Assembly (NCBI GenBank): GCA_013239625.1
Contig: MU054391.1
Coordinates: 7,287,095 to 7,351,094 of the forward strand
Origin: Lama guanicoe
Lineage: Eukaryota
Length of the DNA: 64,000 nt
Direction: 5' to 3'
In this document: positions 1-13,125 of the stretch, one piece after another
Position numbering within the stretch: the stretch's first letter is position 1
How the letters are laid out: the number at the start of each line of letters is the position of its first letter
Position numbers and translations under genes: made by a program
Notes under the pieces: generated by a model
What the model was told of the DNA's origin: nothing
Databases searched by the model: none
The model's input: only the letters and a program-made list of their open reading frames with translations

Positions 1-115
1 TTCACAGAGGAAGATGAAGTTCAGGAAGTTAAATAACTTTCCCAAGATCAAAGGCCCCAAAAGTATCAGAATGGGTACAGAACTCAGGCCTGTCTGTCTT
101 CAAATTCATGCTTTT
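1..115 (-). mobile_element. MIR SINE fragment
   Basis: Degenerate reverse MIR core: gaagttcaggaagttaaataactttcccaagatca...aactcaggcctgtctg. Confidence 0.7.
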
Positions 116-1729
116 TAAGAAAAAATGATAATAAAGACATTGTGGAGACATTTCTGTTTTCAAAATATCCTCCCTACTCCCTAGTATTTGGAGGAAAATT
201 TTTCATATTTTTCCCCTTCATACTTCATTCCCTTGACTCTGAAGTACACCATCAATTTAATAATGACATTTTTTTCAGTGAAAAATAAACTTTCCTACCT
301 CATTGTTGGCACATATTAAATATAAGAAAGCCCAACTTCAAAAATACTACATTGTTGTAATACTGCGCTTGTCATTTTGTTATTTATGGTGTATTTCCAG
401 ATGCAAGGAGTCCTGGGAGCACAGCTGTGTGGGTCAACACTGTGGGGTGAAGGACCTTGAATTCTCATTTACAGAGTTACCTGAGGCTGATGGGAAACAG
501 AAAAGGCTTTCTGCCGTGAGAGTGTCTTGCTCTGGTTTGTGATGTAGAGGGTTCCTGGGGCAGCACAGAGGGAGGATGAGAGTCAGGGGAGGAGTGTGGA
601 GACAGGGAGGCTGATTAGGTGATGTCCGCAGCCCAGGTGAGAGGTAAGCCCTGACCTGGCCGTGGTACTGATCTGGAGAGGAAGGGATGGACTGGCTATG
701 TTAAAGCAGTGGAATGGGCTGGATAGGATAGTCAGTGGACTATTCTGGTGTGGGAGAGGGAAGCATGTTGGGATGTCTGCTCTGTCTCTGGCTGGAAGAC
801 TGTGGATGGGGTGCTTAGGGAGGACCAACATGGGGCTGGAGAAGGAAGAGAGCCAGGTTAGCCTGGGGACTTTCCCAAGGTGAAGTCAGACTTCTGGCCA
901 CACTTTCTAGTCCATTGCTCATTCTGTTACCCCCAAAGGAGGAATCAGGTCTTGGGGGATTTTAGGATGTTGGGAAGATTCACTCAGAGCTGACAAGGTA
1001 TGCAATAGGGTGCAAACTGAAGGAGCGGTTGTGCACAGGTGAACCTTGATTTGATGAGGAATAGCAGGTGATCAACTGCGTTTTCTCTGCCATCCCTTTA
1101 ACTCCCCAGCTCATTCTGATTTTGTGACCCTATAATTAACCAGATAATTGAACAAATGTAAACAGCTACTTCATAAATGCAGCGCCATGCTTTGCTGCTG
1201 CCTTTATGTTGATTTCTCATTAACAGCCTGAATTATTTCTCATTTACATGCAGGGAAGTACAGGAACTGACTGCTCACAGAGAACAGCAAAGAGTAGTTT
1301 AATATCTCATGTAGGTAAATTGATGAAACTGTACCTGAAAATTGTGTGTGTGATGATACTGTTTTGCTAAAAATACTTTCCTTGTGTTTACGACTTGTCA
1401 GTTTGCATTCATTTAATGAGTTTTTGTTAAGGAACATGGTCTCCTATTTTATTAAAGTAATCATTTTACCACTAATATAATTTTCCTTTTCACCATTTAT
1501 TTTTCTATGGAATGGGGCCAGGGAAAGAAAAAGAAATCATCATACCCGTGGTAGCTCCAAAAATTTTGAAAGTGAGGTTCCTCGCCTTACCATTTTGAGG
1601 TTGAAGTGACTCCTTAGGGGCCAACTGGAAAACTGTAGTGGAAGTGGAGGTGTGTCTTCAGTGTCAGGTTTCCAGAAGAGAGCTGAGACTTGGAAGTTCT
1701 AGGTAGCAAAATGGCTTTCTGCAAAACAA

Positions 1730-1932
1730 ACTTTAGAGCTGAAAGAATGGGGCTGAGTCCCAACTCTGACTCTTACCAACTGGGTGACCTTGGCCAGCTT
1801 CTTACTTCTCTAATTGGCTTATCTGGAAATTGAGGGAGAATTATACCTTCTTTATTTGGTGATGTGGGTACAAAGGAGATGTTTCAAGCCAAAGAATTTT
1901 GTAAAATGCAAAGTGTTTTCAAATGTTAATTT
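1730..1932 (+). mobile_element. MIR/MIR3 SINE
   Basis: ctgagtcccaactctgactcttaccaactgggtgaccttggcc...atctggaaattgaggg matches the MIR core. Confidence 0.7.
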
Positions 1933-2049
1933 CTTTTGCATTCACTAGGTTTTTACCGAGTGATTTTTCTGACAGTCATCTCCTACTTTAGCTGTGCTCA
2001 TTTCGCCTCCCGTGTACTCTCACACCACCCTGGCGGTACCTGTATCCTT

Positions 2050-2115
2050 CCTTCATTCTTTTCATCAACAAATATGAATTGAGCATCCATTAGGTGCCAG
2101 TGTATTAAGTGCTGC
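2050..2115 (-). mobile_element. L2 LINE 3' end
   Basis: ttcatcaacaaatatgaattgagcatccattaggtgccag is the reverse complement of the L2 tail. Confidence 0.65.
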
Positions 2116-5039
2116 CCCCTGGACTGAAATTACTGAGCATTTTTTGTAAAGACTGTTTGCATCTTGAAGACTGGGATGTGTTTTTCTTACTTTCGAAGGC
2201 AAAGAGCATCTATTTGATTCTTTTTGTTAAGGAAATTGGTATCCTTTCTCTTAGCAAAGTGCCTGACATACAGTAAGTGTTGATGGAACTGGGAGCTGTA
2301 TGTCTCGCAAGCTTCTATGTGGTCTAATCATGTTATACAGGAGTAAAGGAAGAGGATGAGGAGTTAAGAAACCATTGGCCATTCTCTTCCAAGACAAGCT
2401 TACATAATTAACAACAGCAACAAAGTTAGAATACTTCAATTTTTAATGAACGTGTTCCTCAGTCTTAGCAGAATTAGCATCATGGTCTGCTTGAACCTCT
2501 TGGCTGGCTAATCCTTGCCCATCCTCCAGTTTTCTGTTTGCCCGGCTTCACACACACATGACTTATTTTCCTTTATCTGGAAACTTGCCTGTCCGCTCTG
2601 GGGTGGTACCTTCATGGATGCACCACTTGGAATAAGCCTGTTTGACAGGACTGCAGGGACTGTGTCCTTACCCGGGAGGCCTGTACCCGTGGGCTGTTCA
2701 GGATACACTGCTTCCTCCTCTAGAAGAGGAAGGCTTACCCCCACAGAAGCATAATCCCCCCTCCGTAATGTGACTTCTTTATGAGCTTTAAAGTTGCCCT
2801 GCAGCTAAGTTCATCATTGAAAATTCCCCAGAGTGTGCCTGCAGGTACGTATAGAGCCTTGGGGTGTGTGTCAGTCCCTGTCGATATTCAGTGAGGGGTA
2901 AAAAGGAGTACATGAGACTTGAAATTTGCCTTTAAGGCTTATGAGCTTTTTAAAGAGATGAGACATGAATCCAGAAACGTTTATTAGGTTTCCATAAAGA
3001 GAGGACTGTGAGGTGATGGGAAGAACGTGGACAGAGACAGGGACCCCAGCTCCTGCCTGGGTCAGCCCTCTTGTTTAGGAAACTCAAATCCTCTCGGATC
3101 ACAGTTATACTTTTATCTGTTTTTATGTAGTGAATTTCTTGATGGTTCCATTTAAACAAAGGTTTCTGCTTCTGCTGAAAAACAAAACTAAAACCACTCT
3201 GTTGCTAAGGGGCCCTCTTCTAAGAGAAATTACAAGAAACCAAGATTCACTCTGTCTTGTCTTGACCACAACAGTGAGAGGTCATAAGTAAGGTCTTTAG
3301 GACCTGGGCAGATGTTTACTACGTGTTAAATAAGCTGCAGCTTATTCCTGTCCTCTCTTTTCCTTCCTGCTGTATTTGACTTTTCCTCTTTCTTGTCTCT
3401 TCAGGGCTAGTCTGGCAGAGCTCCTCTAGGTCTTTTGTTCTCAACTTCAAATCTGATAAATTGCACCCTCGAACTGCAGTTAGTAGCTCTAGACTAAGAC
3501 AAATAAGATTAATAAGATTAATCATGACGCCCTAAGTTTGACCAAGTCAAATTCTTTGGCTCTCCCAGGATTCAGGAAGCTCTGTCTCCACTCACAGCTG
3601 AAGGTCCCAGTGCATCTTGGGATACTCTCTCTCTTGGATATTTTGTCTTTGGTGGCAGTGTCCTGAGTTGGCCTCCCTACGACCAGTTTCCTGATTCTAC
3701 TACTTCAGTGCCGTCTTCTGGAGTGGTCCGGGCTATTTGGACTAGAGAGACTGCTTCAGTTTCTCCCCATAGATGTGGCTTGCTGTTATGAGCTGGGTAT
3801 TCAGCCCTCTAAATACTGTACAAATGTTTTCCATCAGTTATTACAGTGAAATCCTGGCCATTGGGAAGGTAATAAAATCTCTGACCCAAGGAAAGAATGT
3901 TTCACACATACCTGGCAACCAGAGAGAACTCATAAAAAGCTCATTACAAGGCAACAGCATTTGTCCTTATGTATTTCCTCATGACCATTGCTACAAAACC
4001 TTGCTTTAGAGCAGATGTCCTACAGCTGAATAGGGACAAAACTTCCCAAACTGTGTGATTAAAATACATTAGGGTTAAAGATTCTCTCCTTTTTAAAACT
4101 GTCATTTGTCCTCCCTCTTTTCCACCATTCACTTACTACCCCTCTACTAGGACATCTTCCTCCCCTTTTATCTCCTCTTCATTCTAGTCAAGTTGGAAGG
4201 AAGAATAGTTGAAAGGAAGCCAGTTAGGTCAAGCAGAGCCCAAAGCACAGGCAGCTGTGCCAGTGAGTGGATCCAGACCACGTGATAGCTGAGAAGCTGT
4301 GAATTGTGTAAATTGACTATTTAAGATGTACATTAAAGCTCTGAAATGTAAGGCGCTTGACATGGTACAAAAGAAGCTGAGATCTGAAATGAGGGATGAA
4401 TCACCTATGAGGTGTGCATCCCCTTTTTAAGTCTCTCTTGCCACCCTGAATACATACACCCTTGCCACGATACACCAATACATACATCTTTCCTGAGTTT
4501 ACTGTGAAACTTTTAAAGGAGTCTGCTTCCCCTTCATAGGAAAGATATCAAGGATATTCATTACTTATAACATACATTGTGAATGAGGGAGAGCCCCTGG
4601 CCAAGGTTTTGAAAACTCTTCAAAGGAAATGCCCTGACAGAGAAATGCAGCAGTGGTATTTTAAATTGACATCCCACATGAGTGTCAGGGAGGACGATTT
4701 CCAGGAGGAAATGATACTTGAAAATTTCATTGTAAGAATGTAATTGCTAGTTTATTGTTTTCCTAGGTAAATGTTTCTCCTCTACACAGCTTTCTGATTT
4801 TTCCTTTTTTGAAGAAAATGATGGGTTGGCACAGACGATGCCAGAGAAATGATGGTATCTGACAGTGGCTCTAGAATAGAATAAAATAGACAGGTTCCAG
4901 CCATTATTCAACCCAAGGGATGTCTGGCTCTCTGTAGGCAAAGAAGTATATATCAATGCCCAGAAATGCACTGGCTTCTACTCATTTAAATCTCCATGAA
5001 CATCCCTTTATTTCAATGAAATGATGCCAAAAAGAACTC

Positions 5040-6050
5040 ATTAGAACAAAAGTTTTCATTTTGGTGAAGTCCTATTTGTCAATTTTTTCTTTTACAGATT
5101 GTGTTCTTGGTATATGGTCAAAAATATTTTCTATTATGTTTCTCCTAAAAGCTTTATAATTTTTTGTTTTTATATTTAATACATTTTAGTTAAGTTTTAT
5201 ATAAGGCATGAGCTTTAGGTCAAAGTTAATTGTTTTTTTTTGCATATGGATTATCGAGTTGTTCCAGCACTATCTGTTGAAAAGACTACTCTTTCTCTAT
5301 TGAATTATTTTTTGCACCTTTGCCTAAACCTAGTGGACATATTGGTGCGTCTCTTCTATAATGTATGTCTATCCTTTCTTCAATATCAACACTATCCTGA
5401 TTATTGTAGTTTTATAATGTCTTAATATTAATCTTATTAGTGTAATTCTTCTAATTTCATTTTTTTTCTTTTCCAAAATAGTTTTAGCTTTTCTAGTTCC
5501 TTAGCCTTTTCATATAAACTTTAGAATCACCTTGTTTGTATCTACAAAAAAGTTCTGCTGGGATTTTGATGGATATTACATCTACAGATCAATTTGTCAT
5601 CTTTACTGTATTGAGTCTTTTAATTCACAAATGCACTGTCTCCCCATTTTTTAGGCTTTTGACGCCTTTCAGTAGGATTTTGTAAGGATCAGTAAACTAT
5701 GACCCATGAACCAAATCTGGTCTGTGGCCTATTTTGTAAGACTAGTGAGCTAAGAAAGGTGTTTTTTGTTTTTGTTTTTGTTTTTTTTTACATTTTTAAT
5801 GGGCTGTAAAACAAAAGCAAGGCAAAACAAAACAAAAACAAAGAGGACTGTGCAACAGACATTAAATAGCCCTCAAAGCCTAAAGTCTACCTGGCCCTTT
5901 ATGTAAAATTTCCTGGCTCTTGCTGTAGATGACTCATTAGATTATACCAAAAAGGCTTCATTTGGGGGGAGCTAGTGTGAATTTTTGTTTGTTTGTTTCC
6001 AGTTGTTCATTGGTAGTATATAGAATTTTTTGCCTATTAACTTTAACGTA
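5040..6050 (-). mobile_element. Old L1 (L1M) ORF2-region fragment, interrupted by MER58
   Basis: Antisense L1 motifs: gttgttccagcactatctgttgaaaagact, ttccttagccttttcatataaactttagaatcaccttg, ctgggattttgat. Confidence 0.8.
5683..5922 (+). mobile_element. MER58-type hAT-Charlie DNA transposon (non-autonomous)
   Basis: cagtaaactatgacccatgaaccaaatctgg...gagctaagaaaggt...caaagcctaaagtctacctggccctttt matches MER58 5' and 3' motifs. Confidence 0.75.
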
Positions 6051-6692
6051 TAAGCAACTGAACTGAAAAAAATCACTTCATTCTAAAATCATTTGTGGTG
6101 CTAAACTCCTGTTTAAAATCAAAGAAGATATGATCCTTTCCCTCCACTTCCTCTGTCTGTTGGTGGTGGAAGCAGTGATGGGAGTGGTGATGGGAGACAA
6201 TTGACAGAACTCATTGTGAATTACGTGTTGTGATGCAGATACATACGGGATGTTTGGGGTTATGTGGAAGGACACTATACCGCACAGGCAAAGAAGAGAG
6301 GCAGGTCCAGGGAGAACGATGTGTAGATCACCTGAGTCTTGAAGAATAAATAAGAGTTAAAGAAAAGGGCGGGAGGACATTAAAGGCAGGAGTAGAAAAT
6401 CATGAAACATTAGCTTTATTTTGAGAACCACAGGCAACTCGTTGTGGCTGTGTATGTTTATGTAGAAGGGGTGAGAGATGCTACTGCAGGAGCCAAACAT
6501 GTAGATTATGTGTGCTAAATTAATGCCTTTCAACTTTTTATTGAAAGCTCTTGGAAGATACTAAAGTTCTGTGAGCAGGCGATACAGAATTCTCTGTAGG
6601 TGAGTTTGACTTTGGCATACAGTGTGTGACATCCAGTCCCTGAAGAGTAACTGCCTCTATTTAGAGGGTTGTGACAAAAAAAAAAAAAAAAA

Positions 6693-6794
6693 NNNNNNNN
6701 NNNNNNNNNNNNNNNNNNNNNNNNNNNNNNNNNNNNNNNNNNNNNNNNNNNNNNNNNNNNNNNNNNNNNNNNNNNNNNNNNNNNNNNNNNNNNN
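6693..6794. other. Assembly gap (102 N) flanked by poly(A)/A-rich runs
   Basis: Run of N directly seen, with A17 before and an A-rich tract after. Confidence 0.99.
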
Positions 6795-7309
6795 TAAAAA
6801 AAAAAAAGCAAAAAAAACCCAACAAAAAAACAACTTTCAGAACTTCTGCCTCTCCCCAGCCAGTTCCTCTCCTGTGAGAAATCTAGCTGGCCATCTGGAC
6901 TCAGCTCATCCCTTTGGACGTTTCTGCTTGTCACCTCTTCACCCAACTTTTAGCAGCTTCCAGTGTCCTGCCAGGGGCTCCTTGGCATATATCCCCTTCG
7001 TGGCTCTGCTTTTCCCATTTCATTTCTGAAAGTAAAAGTCCAATTCTTCAAGATTCTCATGGACATGAGTATGCAAAGCAACAAAACAAACACTTGATCA
7101 GAAACGTGCTGGAGGTTGGTGGCGTGACCTCTGTGGAGCCTGACTGCCATTGCCCTCGGGTGAGATTACTCAGCACTCCTGTTGGCTGGATCCCAGGACA
7201 ACACCCTCTTGTGCAGCCTGGTGATCCTCTGTAGCAAACATGGAACGTTTCATTAAGTGGCTCAATAAACTGAAAACAACCCTAGAAATGTACGTAATAT
7301 TGTTTGCTA

Positions 7310-7470
7310 GTTAAGACCAAAGTAGATTTGGCAAGTTACTTAACCTTTCTAAGCCTGTTTCCTTATCTTTAAATGAGGGTAGTGATGGTACCTACTTCTT
7401 AGGGTCCTTGTGATGATCAAGTGAGAAGAGATCTGTAAAGCTCTTGGCAGGTACCTGCCCATGATAACAG
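7310..7470 (+). mobile_element. MIR SINE
   Basis: ttggcaagttacttaacctttctaagcctgtttccttatctttaaatgaggg. Confidence 0.85.
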
Positions 7471-8250
7471 CACAACAGATAGGAGGGACCCTTAGCATTG
7501 CTGGTGCATTCGCTGCTCCCCACACAGTTGTGTTAGTCAGCCTCCTCAGCATTATGTTTGTGCTCTTTAGAGAGCTTTTGGAGGAGTTAGAGGTAAGCTG
7601 GGAGGGAAAACAGGAGTCACCCTTTGCCCTTCATTATCAGGTATAAGGAGCTGCATGTTTCTTTCTTTGAGATAAAAATCCATCTTGGTATAACTTCTGT
7701 CTATCAGTTCTAATTCTCCTCCTCTGGACCCCATAGGACATGTGGGATTTTTCTTTCACATTGTGGGCTCTTGGGACATTTTAGGAAAGTAATTTTGCTC
7801 CTTATTACATCCTTCTTTACTTAAAGAAGCACTTTGCCTCTCCCAGTGTAATGGGATTGTTTCAGGATTCATTTCTAGGCTCATAGGTTCTGTCGGCTCT
7901 CAGGCTAAACATCCGTATCTGCAGCCCTCAAATTTCCTATCCAGAGAGAAAGCCACAGCCACAAATCGATCTGCAGAAATGTACTGAGCACCCTTATACC
8001 AAAGGCAACTGGAGAAGAGACATGGCCACGTGCTTCATAACATCACAGCAAGTCCTTTGGGGTTGTCAGTGGAGGGTGAGCCTGTGTCTGCATCTGTTGT
8101 GGAGTGGAGGTGGTCAGGGTGGAGGGGGAGGCAGGCCCTGGGAGTTTACACCACTGGCCGGAAGGTGCATCTTCCCCTCGGACCCTCTCACCAGACCTGG
8201 CTGCCGAGGCTTCGAGGCTGCCTCGGGGCTGCTGCTTACTCTTTACTCTT

Positions 8251-8605
8251 TGTTGTGAACTGAGAGTCGGTCTTCCCTGAAAATTCTTGTGTTGAAACTC
8301 TACCCCGCGATGTGAAGGTATCAGGAGGCGGGGCTTTAGGAGGTAATTGGGATGAGTTGAGATTATGAGGCAGAGCCCTCCTGAACAGGGTTAATGCCTT
8401 AGAAGAGTCAGGAGAGGGCTTGTGCTCTCTGCTGTCTGTCACGTGAGGGGAAGGAGAAGTCTGAAGCGGGCTCTCACCGGAACCTGACCACGCTGGCACC
8501 TTGGTCTCGGACTCCATCCTCCAGAACTCCGAGAAATGAATTTCTGTCGTTTATAAGCCACTCAGTCTGTGGTCCTTTGTTACAGCAGCCTTAGCAGACT
8601 AAGAT
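8251..8605 (+). mobile_element. MaLR solo LTR (MLT1A-like)
   Basis: tgttgaaactctacccc...gctctcaccggaacctgaccacgctggcaccttggtctcggact...tttataagccactcagtctgtgg...gcagactaaga. Confidence 0.85.
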
Positions 8606-9487
8606 GTTCGTGCTCCCCATTTTCTTCAGAGCACAGGTGAGGGCTTGGGATACAGGGGAGTGCACAGATGGGCACCGGATCCGCCTGTCCTCACCACACA
8701 CAGACCCTGGCCCAGCCACGTGGGTTTTTCCAGGCTGTTTCTGTCTATCTGTCAGTCCCTGGATCATCGGATGCGGCAGCGACCACTGTTTGACTCCCAC
8801 CCAGGAGCACCCTGAGAACATCTCTCTCCTGCTTGGGTGCAGACTCGAGGACAAGTCCCAGGGACAGCAGGAGGCTCCAGCCTCCCATTTTCTAAGTCTC
8901 TATTTCCTGCCCATGATCTACCTCATCTCCAGATGATGGGAATTTTCTCTTCCTTCAGTGGATGCTCTGTCCTCTACCCACAGGGATGTGGCCTCTTCCT
9001 GTGCTCTAAGCAGGTCAGAAACACCAGAGCACAATAGCACAACGTCCTTACGAGGACTTGGAAAGGACACCCTTTGGCCAGTTTGGGCATATGCCTCATT
9101 TATGTGCCAGTCTCTGTTGCTGTTGGGCTGGGGTTCAATGGCTAGTTCAGCTTAGATCACGTGCCCAGTCTCGTGGTTAAGAGACGGGATTTGCTATTTA
9201 AGAAGGAATCAAGAAATGACCATGTGACTTACCTTTTCCCTACTCTTTACACTTCCTACTGTTCCTTTTGAAATATTCCCTGATTTAGAGCAGAAGTGTA
9301 TTGTGACCAATACACAGAACCACCACCACCATCATCACCGCCGTCATCATCAAAGCTTCTTCAATACCTGTTATGTTCCAAGTGCTATATGAAGTCTATG
9401 TCCTTTACTCTTCCTAGAAAACCCACAGGTAAATATTGTGGCTAGAACTAAGATTGCCTCCAGAAAGCTAAATTATAAAAATCAATG

Positions 9488-9532
9488 TTCGTAAATCAAC
9501 TATACTTCAACAAAAAATAAAATAAAATAAAA
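9488..9532 (+). mobile_element. Extremely 5'-truncated L1 tail
   Basis: gtaaatcaactatacttcaa followed by (aaaat)n, the same terminus as the L1 ending at ~35800. Confidence 0.6.
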
Positions 9533-11024
9533 TCAACATCAGGAGGTCAGAACAGGGCAAAGTAAAATCATCTCCAACAGAAAAATGTTTCTTGAGTCTA
9601 AAAAAGTTTGAAAAAATTCAATTGAACATGTTAGCATTTCTAAGGGAAAGAATGAGGCTGTCAGAGAGGACCCTAGGAAGTGGAGAGGTGTGGAGTCCAG
9701 CTTCACCAGCGCCCACAGGGACACTGTCCAGGGAAAGGGGCTGTGAATATTTTGATCCCCATGGCCATGTTGTTTTGATGCCTTGAAACAGGTGTTTCAT
9801 CTAATTCTCCTTGTTCTGATTCCGTGTTCATCAGTCGACCTCCCGAGTATAATTTGGCTTTCCCTGTGCTTTTCAGTGGGGGAGTGTTAGTCATGCTGAA
9901 AGACTGTGAGGTTTGTATCACAATCCTAGTCCTCCTCGTCATTTGAGAAGTTGATATTCTGGTTTTTCTCTAGTCTATGGAACTTGGTCAATGTGATTCC
10001 ATCCTGGGAGATGGGTGGATATCTGGTGGGCTGAAAAATCATGTCATTACTGTCACCAAACATCGCCAGATGTTAGATTATGGTAAATTTCCAAGGGACC
10101 TGTATCTGCCACTCTTGTTTTGGGGACACATTTGTCACACTGTACACTTAGGCCAAGACCAATCCTTTCCCTTCACTATTTGCAACCTGGCTAGGTATCA
10201 TTAACCTCATTTTTAAGCTGGGGAAATAAGGCTTAGAGAAGTTGATTCTTTAAAAATCACACTGTTGTGGTGAAGTAGGTTTAGAATCCAGGTGTCTGAC
10301 TTCAAAGCACATGCTGTTCTTCCTTCACCAGAAACTTTCATCTCCTTGTTTGAGCCCAGCAGTTCTCTTGTACAGCCTAATAGTCTGTGGCATGTTTAGC
10401 AGGGAGAGTGCTGCCTCTGAATGTATTTGTGATGGTCCGAACGCTTTGCTTACAAATGAATACTTCTGTAGAGGAAAGACCAACCATGGTCTTTGTGACC
10501 ACATGCAAGACAGTGTCACCAAACATCAGAAGGCAGTACACAGAGTCTCATAACTAAAGGCATTTTCAGATAAGTACATAAAGTGCAGTGCTTGGAGGAG
10601 CACAGTGGACCCCTTGTCACTGGTAGTTCTTTTCCCTGTCGGAAAAGAGAGGTGGAGGAAGATAAAAGAATATAAGCCAAGGGTTCCCACAGGGATGAAA
10701 ACTACAGGGGCCAGTTGCTGCATAAAAGATGTTGGAAAATTCTTCCTCATCATCCACCTCTCGTAGACCGTTTGCCCCCTTGGGAGAGGCAGCCCAGACA
10801 GATAGGAAAGCAGTAATCTGTGGAAACCATCTGTGAGTGCTGACGGGACTTTGGCAGGGAGGCGGGCTGGGATCCGTTCCTACCGATCTGTAAATCCAGC
10901 TTTGAAAACTGCTCCCTGTGGGAGGCCTGGGGATGGCTTCGAATACTTCGTGGGTCTATTTGTGAAAGAGGGTATATGGAAGGGCAGGAGGATATGTCAT
11001 CTGGAACTGCTTAAGAGGACATTT

Positions 11025-11290
11025 TTCTGGTCTCAGCTCAGATGTCACCTCTGCAGGAAGGCTCCTGCCCCTGAATTACATTTCTTTATTTATTTCATAG
11101 CTCAACCATCGGAATTCTATGTATTTATTTACTGCCATCTCCCAGCTAGGATGTAATCTTCATGAGGGGAGAGACTATCTGTCTTCATACTGCAAGTGTC
11201 TAGAAGAGAGCCTGGCACATGGGAGGGGGCTTCATAAATATTCACTGATGGATTGATTCAATGAATGAATAAATAGCTGAATTAATGAAT
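11025..11290 (+). mobile_element. L2 LINE 3' region
   Basis: tctcagctcagatgtcacctc...gcctggcacat...taaatattcactga...atgaatgaat. Confidence 0.8.
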
Positions 11291-11324
11291 GGGCAGAGAA
11301 GATAGTGAGAAACAGTGAGAAAAC

Positions 11325-11540
11325 AATGGGGAGTGGAAGGAACCCAGCGTTTGGAAATACATAGACCTGATTCCAAACTTGACCCTAAACTAACTGGGTA
11401 TATGACCTTAACCTTTCTGAGTTTTGGTTTTTTGGTCTGTAAAACTCTGTTTCATAGAATTGTTATAAAGGTTAAATGATAGAACAATCCAAGTCCATTA
11501 CCATTTGCAAAGTGACTGGCATAACAGCTAACACACAGGG
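11325..11540 (+). mobile_element. MIR SINE
   Basis: agacctgattccaaact...tatgaccttaacctttctgag...gttataaaggttaaatga. Confidence 0.7.
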
Positions 11541-11809
11541 ACACTAATATATATCAGTGTCACTGTCTTCCTTCCAAATACATAAGCAGAAGAACAACCA
11601 TGCATCTACCTCGTAATAAAAAAGCTTTGAGTCAACATACATATTTTTTGTATGAAATGCTAATAAGCACGTTGGATCATCAGATAAGTAAGTTTCATAT
11701 TCTGCCCTCAGAAAGCTCATAGAAACATACAAATCAAGTTTGTTTGGAGCCGGGGCTATGGGGTGGCATTTTCCTCATTTCTTAATAATACAGGCCCCTA
11801 CTTTCTATC

Positions 11810-11960
11810 TCACACAATTATTTAGTTGAGTTTTATCTTTAAAACAAGCCTAAGAGGTGGGTACTATTATTTTAATTTCACAGATAAAGAAATTGAGACC
11901 CAGAGAAGTGAAGTAACTTGTTTAAGTTCACACTGTTAGTGGACAGTGGACCGAGGACTC
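11810..11960 (-). mobile_element. MIR SINE
   Basis: tttcacagataaagaaattgagacccagagaagtgaagtaacttg. Confidence 0.85.
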
Positions 11961-12439
11961 CCTACCAGTGCTATGTGGTGTCAGTACTTACATTCCTTCC
12001 ACGGTGTTTCATGCCTGCGCATTTCTAACAACTCCATTGGTGACTCTAGAGAAAGTTTCTGTTCTTTCTTCACCTATATGCATAGGCAATGTGAATTCTC
12101 TCCTTCTTCTAATTGAATCTTTCTTCTCTAAGGTTTTGATATATGCCTGCTTTTATTTAAGCTGTTGGCTCCCACTGCTCAGTTTATTTCATTTGTTATA
12201 AAGGATGTGCACATTTTATGTATATGCTCTAGGGCAACTTAGTGAATCATCTTGTGATTCAGAATACCAAACTAGTGGTTTTTGGGACTGCAGCCATCAT
12301 TTGGTGCAATCATAGGAGTTTAGCCATTTGGAAGTTTTTTCTGACAGCCATTTTGTTTCAAGGTGACAACTCAAACTGAACTGAAAAAAACAGTAACAAA
12401 AACGTATTGAGAATCAACTACACCTCCATATAATAACAT

Positions 12440-12630
12440 CCCACAAACTAAATGCTGAATAAAAATACCAAACTCAAAAGATTACATCCTGTGTGACTCC
12501 ATTTAGGTCGAGTTAAAGAACAGGCAAGGCTAAGTTATGGTGAGAGAAGTCTGGATGTTGGTTGCCTTGGAGGTGGAGAGGGAGGTAGCAGCTAGAGAGG
12601 AGAATGATGAAGCCTTCTTTGGGTGATCTA
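12440..12630 (+). mobile_element. Old L1 (L1ME-like) 3' fragment
   Basis: aaatgctgaataaaa...ctgtgtgactccattta...acaggcaaggcta...tatggtgagagaagtc. Confidence 0.65.
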
Positions 12631-12849
12631 TCTAGGAAATGGGAGCAAGAGCCTCTGAACTAATTCTGATGTTTTTGCCCCTTCACCATTCTACCTCTTT
12701 CCAAGTGGCTGTTCACTCTATAGAAGGTGCCCTCTTCTGTTTTTGAGCCATTCCAGTTGACTAATGCTCATGAAACAGAAAGCTTTCTCCTATATCTTCT
12801 AGTCACTGGTCTTACTTGAGTCTTCAGGTGTCACCTCGAGGAGCAAGAG

Positions 12850-13125
12850 TAGTAACTGCTGTTTAGATGAGCCCAGTCATGTGCCAAATGCCTTACATAT
12901 TTTCTCTTTTAATTCTCATTAGCATCCTCCAAGTTAGGTACTATATGTATTTTTTTTTTCTATTAACAGGTAAGAAAATAGAGGATCAGAAAGGTTAAAG
13001 TTAGGTACTATTTTTTTCCTTGTTAATGTTTAAGAAAATTGAGCATCAGAGAGGTTGGCACTTACCCAAGGTCACACAGCGACTAGATGGCGAATCAAAC
13101 TCAGGTCCAAGGTCAAAGCCTGTGG
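12850..13125 (-). mobile_element. MIR SINE with an internal ~67-bp tandem duplication
   Basis: atgtgccaaatgccttacat...cttacccaaggtcacacagc; aagttaggtactat begins at both 12931 and 12998. Confidence 0.8.

Noticed and set aside
6530..7029. ORFs spanning the gap
   Set aside because: Artefacts of N and poly(A) runs.
6056..12390. Identical 17-mer aactgaactgaaaaaaa at 6056 and 12374
   Set aside because: Low complexity, the flanks do not extend, and no single element lies between them to make it a TSD.
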